Source: Turneriella sp.
Lineage (GTDB): Bacteria > Spirochaetota > Leptospiria > Turneriellales > Turneriellaceae
NCBI GenBank assembly: GCA_965279515.1
Contig: CBDIID010000003.1
Span: forward strand, 2,688,001 to 2,752,000
Length of the DNA stretch: 64,000 nucleotides
Reading direction: 5' to 3'
In this document: positions 56,930 to 64,000 of the stretch, in pieces
Layout of the letters: every line of letters starts with the position of its first letter
Position numbering within the stretch: position 1 is the first letter of the stretch
Program-made: the position numbers and the translations under genes
The notes under the pieces: generated by a model
Told to the model about the DNA's origin: nothing
The model's input: only the letters and a program-made list of their open reading frames with translations
Databases searched by the model: none

Positions 56930-58578
56930 AACTCCCCCTGCACACCATGCGCCGCTACCGCGAGATAGCCGCCCGAAATATTAAGAACATCATTAAACCC
57001 CGATTGTTTGAGAATACGCTGCGCGATATAACTGCGCTGACCAGACTGGCACAGTAAGGCGAGTGGTTTGTTGTGTGGGATTTCCCCCAGGTGGTCGCGT
57101 ATGGTATCGACTGGGATCTGTGCTTCGCTTTTTACGGGAAAGCTTTTGATTTCGCCGGGATTCCGCACATCGATCACGGCAAATTCACTGCGCCGCGCCT
57201 TGAGCTCCGCCGGCGAGATCACCGGCGCAATGCCCGAATGGTGGTTCATGGCCTGAAATGCCGCAAAGTTCACCGGATCATTGGCAGATGAATACGGCGG
57301 CGCATAACTCAGGTCGAGGCCGGCGAGATCATAGATCGTCAGCCAGCCGACGATTGCCGTCGCGATAACATCAATGCGTTTTTCTACGCCATCGGGCCCG
57401 AAGGCCTGTGCACCCAGAACCCGACCATCCACTGGTGAAAAGACCAGCTTGAAGGCGATGCGCTCCGCGCCGGGATAATAACCCGCGTGGTTGTTGCTGT
57501 GGACCATCACCGCTTGCGCGGCGATGCCCGCCTGTTTCGCGGCCTTTTCGGTAAGCCCGGTAAAAGCCAATGTCTGATCAAAGATCTTGATTACAGCCGA
57601 GCCTGCGGCGCCGCGGTAGCGGCAGCGGTTGCCCATCAGGGCATTTTCAGCCGCAAGCCGACCCTGCCGGTTCGCCGGTCCCGCCAACGGAATGCGTGTG
57701 GCCGCATGCGTGATCCGATTCTGAATCTCGGCCATATCGCCGACGGCATAGATATCGGTGTCGGATGTCTGCATAAAGTCATTCACAACAACCCCCCCGG
57801 TTTTTCCGATCTGGAGGCCTGTCTTTTGCGCCAAACCCGTCTCTGGTTTGACTCCGGCAGCGAAGACGGCAAAATCCACCTCAATATTGGAATCATCGGA
57901 AAGCGTGAGTTTTCCGCCAGGCGCTGCGGATTTAATCGTGGTTTGTGTCCGGACCTCCACACCTTTGCGCACCAGTTCTTGACCCGCCAGATTCGAGAAT
58001 TCAGGGTCGAGATTCGGCATCACATTCGCGGCAAACTCGAGCAGTGTGACTTTAAAGCCCTTGAGTATGAGCGCTTCGGCCACCTCGATGCCGATGAAAC
58101 CGCCGCCAACAACGGCGACATGCTTCTTTTCAGCCTTTTGCATTTGCGCAATAATGAGATCCATATCTTCGATCCAGCGCAGGGAGAAGTGCGGCAGATT
58201 TTCGAGGCCCTCGAGCTGCGGCTGCATTGGGTCGCCGCCCTGCGAGAGAATCAGTTTATCGTAGGAAATTGTTTCGTTGCCGCCGGGATGTGTATAGGTG
58301 ACGGTTTTTGCCACCCGATCAATACCTGTCACACGCGCATCAACGACAGCCTTGATGCGGTAGCGGTTCCAAAGATCCTCGGGAGTTCTAAGCAGAAGCG
58401 ATTCGCGCTTTGGTATATCGCCGCCGATATGGTAGGGTAAGCCACAGTTAGCGAAGGAGATATAACCACTGGCTTCCAGCAGCGTGATCTCCGCGTTTTC
58501 ATCGAGCCGACGCGCACGGCCCGCTGCAGTTGCACCGCCGGCAACGCCACCAACTATAACAAGTTTTTTCTTTTCCAT
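56926..58578 (-). CDS. CoA-disulfide/persulfide reductase fused to a rhodanese domain (CoADR-RHD)
   Basis: GGVAGG, SFANCGLPY, GGGFIGIE and LSYAPPYS motifs; C-terminal DVR...LCQSGQRS. Confidence 0.93.
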   Translation of the reverse strand: MEKKKLVIVGGVAGGATAAGRARRLDENAEITLLEASGYISFANCGLPYHIGGDIPKRESLLLRTPEDLWNRYRIKAVVDARVTGIDRVAKTVTYTHPGGNETISYDKLILSQGGDPMQPQLEGLENLPHFSLRWIEDMDLIIAQMQKAEKKHVAVVGGGFIGIEVAEALILKGFKVTLLEFAANVMPNLDPEFSNLAGQELVRKGVEVRTQTTIKSAAPGGKLTLSDDSNIEVDFAVFAAGVKPETGLAQKTGLQIGKTGGVVVNDFMQTSDTDIYAVGDMAEIQNRITHAATRIPLAGPANRQGRLAAENALMGNRCRYRGAAGSAVIKIFDQTLAFTGLTEKAAKQAGIAAQAVMVHSNNHAGYYPGAERIAFKLVFSPVDGRVLGAQAFGPDGVEKRIDVIATAIVGWLTIYDLAGLDLSYAPPYSSANDPVNFAAFQAMNHHSGIAPVISPAELKARRSEFAVIDVRNPGEIKSFPVKSEAQIPVDTIRDHLGEIPHNKPLALLCQSGQRSYIAQRILKQSGFNDVLNISGGYLAVAAHGVQGEL

Positions 58579-58579
58579 T

Positions 58580-58747
58580 TTATCTCCAGCCGATCATGGC
58601 ACCGATAAAGGCACCGTAGAGAATTGCAGGCACGGGTTTCGATGTCAGCGGACAGGCGCCCGTAGCGCAGCCGATGAATCTGTAATAGAGGTAGCCAAGC
58701 ACCCCACCCGCCACGATACCAAGTATTATATAAAGAGGATTGTTCAT
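58580..58747 (-). CDS. 55-aa membrane protein with CxxGxC motif (DUF6132-like)
   Basis: Manual translation MNNPLYIILGIVAGGVLGYLYYRFIGCATGACPLTSKPVPAILYGAFIGAMIGWR; GAGG RBS; fills the gap between the CsoR-like and CoADR genes. Confidence 0.8.
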   Translation of the reverse strand: MNNPLYIILGIVAGGVLGYLYYRFIGCATGACPLTSKPVPAILYGAFIGAMIGWR

Positions 58748-58754
58748 GCTTGCC

Positions 58755-59033
58755 TCAGATACTGAATGCAGCCTGAATGACGGATTGCAGATTGTCGCGC
58801 ATCTGGTTCATGGGCTTTTTTTGCGCCACACATTCAGCCATATGCACTTCAACATAGGCCTCGGCAAATTTCCACAACGCATTGCGGATTGCCTTGATTT
58901 GCGCCATATCGGCGACACAGTCGGATTCACCCGTCGCCACGCGTTTTTTGAGCCCTTCGAGCTGGCCCGTGATGCGGTTTAACCGATGCCCCAGGTCTTC
59001 GCGGGACACTTCGGTCTTTGCCTTATATACCAT
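58755..59033 (-). CDS. CsoR/RcnR/CstR-family repressor
   Basis: RLNRITGQLEGL...DC...QIKAIRNAL...HMAECV. Confidence 0.9.
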   Translation of the reverse strand: MVYKAKTEVSREDLGHRLNRITGQLEGLKKRVATGESDCVADMAQIKAIRNALWKFAEAYVEVHMAECVAQKKPMNQMRDNLQSVIQAAFSI

Positions 59034-59043
59034 ACCGGGTATA
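59026..59043. promoter_or_regulatory. CsoR-family operator overlapping the repressor start codon
   Basis: TATACC-ATACCG-GGTATA inverted repeat, resembling ATACC-N6-GGTAT sites of this family. Confidence 0.7.
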
Positions 59044-59121
59044 GTATATTTGTGGGCGATAGTCGCCCAATTTTTTATACTAGGTTTAAGCGCGGGGAAA
59101 TCCCGCTCAAAAGGGGGATTT

Positions 59122-59337
59122 ATGAAGACAAATATGGGATTAGAAGATCGAATTGTCCGCTTATTGGCGGCCGCTGGCGTAGCCGTGCTCTATGGGTTGG
59201 GCTATCTCTCGGGCACGATGGCATTGATTTTAGGGGGCGTTGCCGTAATCTTTTTGGCGACCAGCCTCATCGGCGTGTGCCCGTTGTACCTGCCATTCGG
59301 CCTTTCCACCGTACGCAGAAAGCTCAGCGGAGGATAA
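59122..59337 (+). CDS. DUF2892/YgaP-like membrane protein
   Basis: MKTNMGLEDRIVR...GVCPLYLPFGLST. Confidence 0.9.
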   Translation: MKTNMGLEDRIVRLLAAAGVAVLYGLGYLSGTMALILGGVAVIFLATSLIGVCPLYLPFGLSTVRRKLSGG

Positions 59338-59339
59338 TT

Positions 59340-59672
59340 ATGAAGAACCTGATTCTTCTGGTGGCAGCGGCTTTTGCCGCTGTGACCTGTGGCAAAAAGA
59401 CAAACGACACAGACCTGAAGACATTGCTGGAAAGCAAAGCTCTCGTCGTCGACGTGCGCACACCTGCTGAATTTGCCTCGGGCCATCATCCCCGGGCAGT
59501 GAATATTCCGGTCGATGAGGTCGATCGCCGCCTCGCGGAATTCGGTGATAAGAAGAAACCGGTTGTGCTCTACTGCCAATCCGGCAACCGCAGCGGCCGG
59601 GCGAAGCAGACGCTGGAAGCCGCCGGATTTACAGCTGTTACCAACGCAGGGGGCTATCGCGATCTGCCGTGA
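59340..59672 (+). CDS. Rhodanese-domain lipoprotein
   Basis: Signal peptide ending AVTC; VVDVRTPAEF..GH and YCQSGNRS motifs. Confidence 0.9.
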   Translation: MKNLILLVAAAFAAVTCGKKTNDTDLKTLLESKALVVDVRTPAEFASGHHPRAVNIPVDEVDRRLAEFGDKKKPVVLYCQSGNRSGRAKQTLEAAGFTAVTNAGGYRDLP

Positions 59673-59680
59673 GGTATTCT

Positions 59681-59992
59681 ATGGAAACATCACCAACCAA
59701 GTTCGATGATTTTCTGGTGGCGAGCGATGTGCCTGTACTGGTCGACTTCTATGCCGACTGGTGCGGGCCTTGCCGCGCCATGGCGCCGATTCTGAAAGAT
59801 TTAAAATCGGCGTGGGGTGAGAAGGTGAAGATCATCAAGGTCGACACCGACGCGCACCCGGAGATTGCCGGTCGTTATAGCATCTCAGGGATACCCACGT
59901 TGATATTATTTAAGCGGGGAAACATCATGCACAGAACCTCGGGCGTGCTGCCGCTCTCGCGATTGCAGGCGGAATACGGTTCGTTTATTTGA
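59681..59992 (+). CDS. trxA: Thioredoxin
   Basis: VDFYADWCGPC and IPTL motifs; GAGGT RBS. Confidence 0.93.
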   Translation: METSPTKFDDFLVASDVPVLVDFYADWCGPCRAMAPILKDLKSAWGEKVKIIKVDTDAHPEIAGRYSISGIPTLILFKRGNIMHRTSGVLPLSRLQAEYGSFI

Positions 59993-60010
59993 TTATGCTA
60001 CGGCTGCAGC

Positions 60011-60310
60011 CTAATCTTTTTTAAGTCGTGAGCTCCAGATTTCTGGCTCGCGCCGCAGATCGAATACCCCCAGAACCAGAATCAGATCGTCTATGATCGC
60101 GTAAAAAATAGCAAATGGAAATCTATGGACAAGCTTCCGGCGTATATCTGGCTCAACTTCAAAACCGATCTTCGGAAATTGCAATATCAGGTTCAGAGAT
60201 GCGCGCATGGATTGAACAAATGCATTTGCCACGACGGGCGAAATTGCCTGGTAATGGCGCCGGGCCGTCGAGTATTCTGATTCGGCAATCCGGGCAAACC
60301 GAATGGTCAT
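60011..60310 (-). CDS. RelE/ParE-family toxin
   Basis: A..EY..A..HY, FPKIG, RFPFAIFY and VLGVFDLRREP motifs. Confidence 0.85.
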   Translation of the reverse strand: MTIRFARIAESEYSTARRHYQAISPVVANAFVQSMRASLNLILQFPKIGFEVEPDIRRKLVHRFPFAIFYAIIDDLILVLGVFDLRREPEIWSSRLKKD

Positions 60311-60531
60311 CGAATTTCTATAAACTCGTCAATTGTCTTCGCTCGTGAAAGCTCTAAAGCCGATTTACGATAATAGTCGAGCCGCGATATGGCTTCTTTA
60401 CGCATTGAAATATCAATGTCCGCAGGTAGATGGAGCGTTTCTTCCAATTTTGCAATGAGGTCTACTTTTTCCGGATCTGCTAATCCCAGTGCTTCGTTGG
60501 TTATCTGCTCCCTGCTCACAGTTAAACCCAT
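60307..60531 (-). CDS. Putative addiction-module antitoxin
   Basis: EALGL...EKVDLIAKLEETL...EAISRL; ATGA overlap with the toxin gene. Confidence 0.75.
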   Translation of the reverse strand: MGLTVSREQITNEALGLADPEKVDLIAKLEETLHLPADIDISMRKEAISRLDYYRKSALELSRAKTIDEFIEIR

Positions 60532-60617
60532 ACTTATAAATATGGTGCGTCAATAAGATATTTTTTCGGATATCCCGAGGGCGACATCAGCTGGGCCCTT
60601 TCAGTTGACGGTTTGTT

Positions 60618-63218
60618 TTGAAAAGGCCGCGGTCCGTACGGAGCATAAAAATTTCAGTAAAATTGCCCGTCGCCTCCTGCCTTGCCGACCTCAGGGTTGC
60701 CCTACAATCTTCTCCCGCAGTCATTCTGACCGCCGATACCGGCTCGGGTAAAACCACATGGCTGCCTCTGCAGCTCTTGAACGAACCCTGGCTCAAGGGA
60801 CAGAAAATCGTCATGCTTGAACCGCGCCGCGTCGCAGCCCGCGCGGCCGCAAACCGTCTTGCCTTTCACCTCAAGGAAAAAGTCGGTAAAACCGTGGGCT
60901 ACTCGGTGCGCTTTGACAGCCAGGTGAGTTCAGCCACACGCCTCGAAGTCGTCACCGAAGGTATACTCGCGCGGCGCATTGTGAATGATCCGGAACTTAA
61001 GGGCGTCGGCCTCGTCATCTTCGATGAATTCCACGAGCGCCATGTCGAAACCGATCTCGCGCTGGCTCTCACCCTCGAATCGCGCTCGGTATTTCGCCCC
61101 GACCTCAAGCTCATGGTGATGTCGGCGACGATCGATACCGCCGCGATCAGCAAGTTCATATTGACGACGCTCAAAGCCGAGGCGCCGATCGTGACTTCCT
61201 CGGGTACGAACTTTCCCGTCGAGGTGAAATATGAAACGGGCCAACTGCCAATGCCTCGATACGCCGCAAGCGGCTACTCGGCACAGGCTATGCACAATCT
61301 CGCCATGGCCGAGGCCTGTGCGCGCAAAGCTATCGAAGCGCAAACCAGGCATGAGGGGGATGTCCTCATTTTCTTACCGGGTGCAGGCGAAATTGGTGCG
61401 GCGATCGATCTTCTTGAAGAGAGAAATTTAAAGAATACGGATATCTTACCTCTCTATGGCGAACTCACCTCTGCCGAGCAAGACAGAGTTCTGGCTTCGC
61501 CCACACCGGGCCGGCGGCGCATCATTGTCGCCACGCCGATTGCTGAATCGAGCCTCACGGTCGAGGGCCTCGCGGTTGTGATCGATAGCGGCCTCGTACG
61601 CCAGCCCGCGCTCGACCCAGGCACTGGTATCACACATTTAGAAACCGTACCGATCACCCAAGATTCAGCCGTGCAGCGCGCGGGCCGCGCGGGGCGTCTG
61701 GGCCCAGGCACTTGCTACCGCATGTACCACGAAGCCGATTTCAAACGCCGCCCCAAAACGCGGCCGCCAGAAATTCTGCGTACAGACCTGGCCGAAGCCT
61801 CGCTGCGCACCCTCGCCTTCGGCTCGCCGCTGCGTGAGCTCACGCTCATGGATCGACCTTCTGAGGCAATGCTCGCCCAGGCCGAAAGGCTGCTCAAAGA
61901 TCTGGGCGCCTTGGGGGCTGACGGCAAATTGACGCCCCTCGGATCAAAGGCAGCCTCGATGCCACTGCCGCCGCGTCTGGCAGTGATGCTGGCAGCAGTA
62001 CCAACCCGCGAAACAACAATGCTCGCGGCGTTGCTTTCAGAGCGTGACCCGTTCGACTTGAAAGGCTCTGAAGCGACGGATCTGGCTTCCAGATTCAACT
62101 TAGTGCAGGGATTTTTGGAACAAGGCAACCTACCGTTCGGTATAGATAAACGAGCACTCCAGGCAGTGGAGAGGGTGTTTAGGCAGATCTCAAAACCCCC
62201 CTCAGTCCCCCCTTATAGGGGGGGGCCGGGGGGGTTAGGCTCTGTTCTCCTATTCGCCTACCCCGACCGCATCTGCATGCGCAGAGAGGCAGGTTCGTTT
62301 CTCATGCGCGGCGGGCGCGGGGTCAGTGTCGAAAAAGGCGACCACAATGCTGAAGCCGAATTTCTGATCGCTGTGGATGTGACGGGCGGCGAGAAAAATG
62401 CGAAGCTCAGGCTTGGCCTCGCTGTCAGCCGCGCCGACGCGATGGCGCATTTCAAAAATGAGATTTCCGAAAAGCAGGTCATCCGCACCGTCAATAGCAA
62501 GCCGCGCGCCTATGTCGAAACCCGGCTCGATGCCCTCGTGCTCAGCGAAAAAGAAACGGCTCTGCCCGAGGGTTTTGCGCGGCAGGCGATCTACGATGCG
62601 CTGCGCGAAAGGGGCCTCGAAAATGTGCTCGGCGATGAGGCGTTGCAGTTTTGTGTTCGAGCACAGATTTGCAAGCAGTGGGATGAATCCCTGCCCACAT
62701 TTGATTTTGCAGAACTGGGGAAATCCGCCGAAGACTGGCTCGATGGTTTTATTGCGAACGCCAGATCTTTAAGCGATATTCCGGAAGCAGTATTTCTGCA
62801 GGCGCTCGAGGCGCGGCTCGCGTATGCGCAGAAAAAAGCCATCGATGAAAAGCTGCCCGAACGCCTGACCGTGCCGAGCGGCTCTTCACACCGGATTTAT
62901 TATACAGCTTCTGGCCCCGGAATAAATTCCGGGGCAAAAGTAAGCGTGCGCATTCAAGAAGTCTTCGGCCTCGACAAGCATCCGGTTTTAGCGGATGGCA
63001 AACTGCCGCTGGCGCTCGAGCTGTTGTCGCCGGGTAAGCAGCCCATCGCGACGACGCATGACATCGCCGCGTTCTGGAAATCGACTTATGCCGAGGTGCG
63101 CAAGGAAATGCGCGGGCGTTACCCCAAACACTTCTGGCCCGAAGACCCGCTGTCGATGCAGGGCACGACGGGCACCAAAAAGGCGTTTGACCGGAAAAAG
63201 GCGGCTAACGGGTTTTGA
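60618..63218 (+). CDS. hrpB: ATP-dependent RNA helicase HrpB (start uncertain)
   Basis: GSGKTT, EPRRVAAR, DEFHER, MSAT, QRAGRAGR, AYPDR and LLSP...RGRYPKH.WPEDP motifs. Confidence 0.95.
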   Translation: MKRPRSVRSIKISVKLPVASCLADLRVALQSSPAVILTADTGSGKTTWLPLQLLNEPWLKGQKIVMLEPRRVAARAAANRLAFHLKEKVGKTVGYSVRFDSQVSSATRLEVVTEGILARRIVNDPELKGVGLVIFDEFHERHVETDLALALTLESRSVFRPDLKLMVMSATIDTAAISKFILTTLKAEAPIVTSSGTNFPVEVKYETGQLPMPRYAASGYSAQAMHNLAMAEACARKAIEAQTRHEGDVLIFLPGAGEIGAAIDLLEERNLKNTDILPLYGELTSAEQDRVLASPTPGRRRIIVATPIAESSLTVEGLAVVIDSGLVRQPALDPGTGITHLETVPITQDSAVQRAGRAGRLGPGTCYRMYHEADFKRRPKTRPPEILRTDLAEASLRTLAFGSPLRELTLMDRPSEAMLAQAERLLKDLGALGADGKLTPLGSKAASMPLPPRLAVMLAAVPTRETTMLAALLSERDPFDLKGSEATDLASRFNLVQGFLEQGNLPFGIDKRALQAVERVFRQISKPPSVPPYRGGPGGLGSVLLFAYPDRICMRREAGSFLMRGGRGVSVEKGDHNAEAEFLIAVDVTGGEKNAKLRLGLAVSRADAMAHFKNEISEKQVIRTVNSKPRAYVETRLDALVLSEKETALPEGFARQAIYDALRERGLENVLGDEALQFCVRAQICKQWDESLPTFDFAELGKSAEDWLDGFIANARSLSDIPEAVFLQALEARLAYAQKKAIDEKLPERLTVPSGSSHRIYYTASGPGINSGAKVSVRIQEVFGLDKHPVLADGKLPLALELLSPGKQPIATTHDIAAFWKSTYAEVRKEMRGRYPKHFWPEDPLSMQGTTGTKKAFDRKKAANGF

Positions 63219-63999
63219 GCACTGTAAATGCGAGGGCCATACAGCCCAGCGTGTGGCACAACTGAACGATCAGGACCGCAAGAAGGCCCTCTTCGATTTT
63301 GGAGCGCCATATTTCGGGTGTAAATCCGAGTTCTGGTGCGGGGCTCAGCAGCAGCATCGCGGCTGGTGAAGGCGTTTGCTCGCCGATTTTTTTTTCAAGG
63401 ATTTGCGCCAGTACGGTAAAAAAATCTTGCGGGCAGGTGCCTTCGTCGCAGCGGTCGATAGCGACATAAAGCGGATTTTTCAGTTCGCAATCACCATTTT
63501 TGCAATGATACCAAAACGGCCAGGTAGAGACGTCGCGATACGGTTTTTTCTTATCGAATAAGAGGGCATAGGTTTCGCGGTACGCACTCTCGCCCATGCC
63601 AAACGTTTCGGTCCGTCGAAGATCCAGCGCCAGATCGGTGTTGGTAATCTTCGCGTATTCGACACGGTTTTTTCCCCTGAGTGCCTCAAGGCCGCCAAAT
63701 TCCCCGAAGAGTTTGCTCTGACGTGTATCGACAACTTTACGCGCGGTATAGGCCCATTGGCTTGCAGTGTTCCAAAGCACCCCGACGAATACCATGAAGC
63801 AGAGAAAGGCAGCAAAGAGATAAATTAAAATCCCGACAACGGCAAGCGAATCGATCTTTTCTTCTGCCTTAGCTATCAGGGGTACAAGCGTAGCTTTGAT
63901 CGACATAATAGCGATGGCGAGCGCCGGTATAATGAGCAAGGTGTACGTCCACTCTGCAAAAAGAGAAATGCCCCCGAAAGGAATAAAAAGACCTATAAA
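63205..63999 (-). CDS. Hypothetical membrane protein, 5' end beyond the window
   Basis: Frame stays open to the window end; several TM segments. Confidence 0.6.
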   Translation of the reverse strand, partial: FIGLFIPFGGISLFAEWTYTLLIIPALAIAIMSIKATLVPLIAKAEEKIDSLAVVGILIYLFAAFLCFMVFVGVLWNTASQWAYTARKVVDTRQSKLFGEFGGLEALRGKNRVEYAKITNTDLALDLRRTETFGMGESAYRETYALLFDKKKPYRDVSTWPFWYHCKNGDCELKNPLYVAIDRCDEGTCPQDFFTVLAQILEKKIGEQTPSPAAMLLLSPAPELGFTPEIWRSKIEEGLLAVLIVQLCHTLGCMALAFTVLKTR

Positions 64000-64000
64000 A

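Noticed and set aside
57487..58440. 317-aa + strand ORF and similar long antisense ORFs (e.g. 3326-4015, 21878-22579, 19337-20026)
   Set aside because: Shadow frames opposite well-supported genes, expected with GC-rich codon bias.
58882..59339. Long N-terminal extensions given by the ORF track for the YgaP-like and rhodanese genes
   Set aside because: They overlap the opposite-strand repressor; RBS-supported starts are at 59122 and 59340.

Overview
Bacterial chromosomal window, most likely from a Leptospiraceae spirochete (Turneriella-like; inferred from the flhB-flhA-flhF-flhG block, many HEAT/FG-GAP/SH3 lipoproteins, a CarF homolog and moderately high GC). The backbone carries a class A PBP, rplU, flagellar export genes, tRNA-Leu(CAA), lipid enzymes, mqnA, prlC, recQ, hrpB, a NarL-type two-component pair with a frameshifted regulator, a CsoR/CstR-like rhodanese-CoADR sulfur-handling locus and a RelE/ParE toxin-antitoxin pair. 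The main discovery candidate is a visibly more AT-rich ~15 kb island (~24.9-39.9 kb) holding a dissociated type II FAS/PKS-like cluster: long ACP, KS plus Cys-less KS/CLF, FabZ, three FabG-like SDRs, nitroreductase, 2OG-Fe(II) oxygenase-SDR fusion, His-box desaturase, class III aminotransferase and a SPASM/twitch radical SAM. Its first gene encodes a radical SAM enzyme with the full motif architecture of the tetraether lipid synthase (Tes/GDGT-MAS) family. Other observations are an unannotated two-small-membrane-protein operon, repeated leaderless-type promoters, a shared candidate operator for the two-component system, and a GC-rich palindromic repeat family that lies in-frame inside coding sequences. 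All family calls come from motif recognition by eye; no database searches were run.
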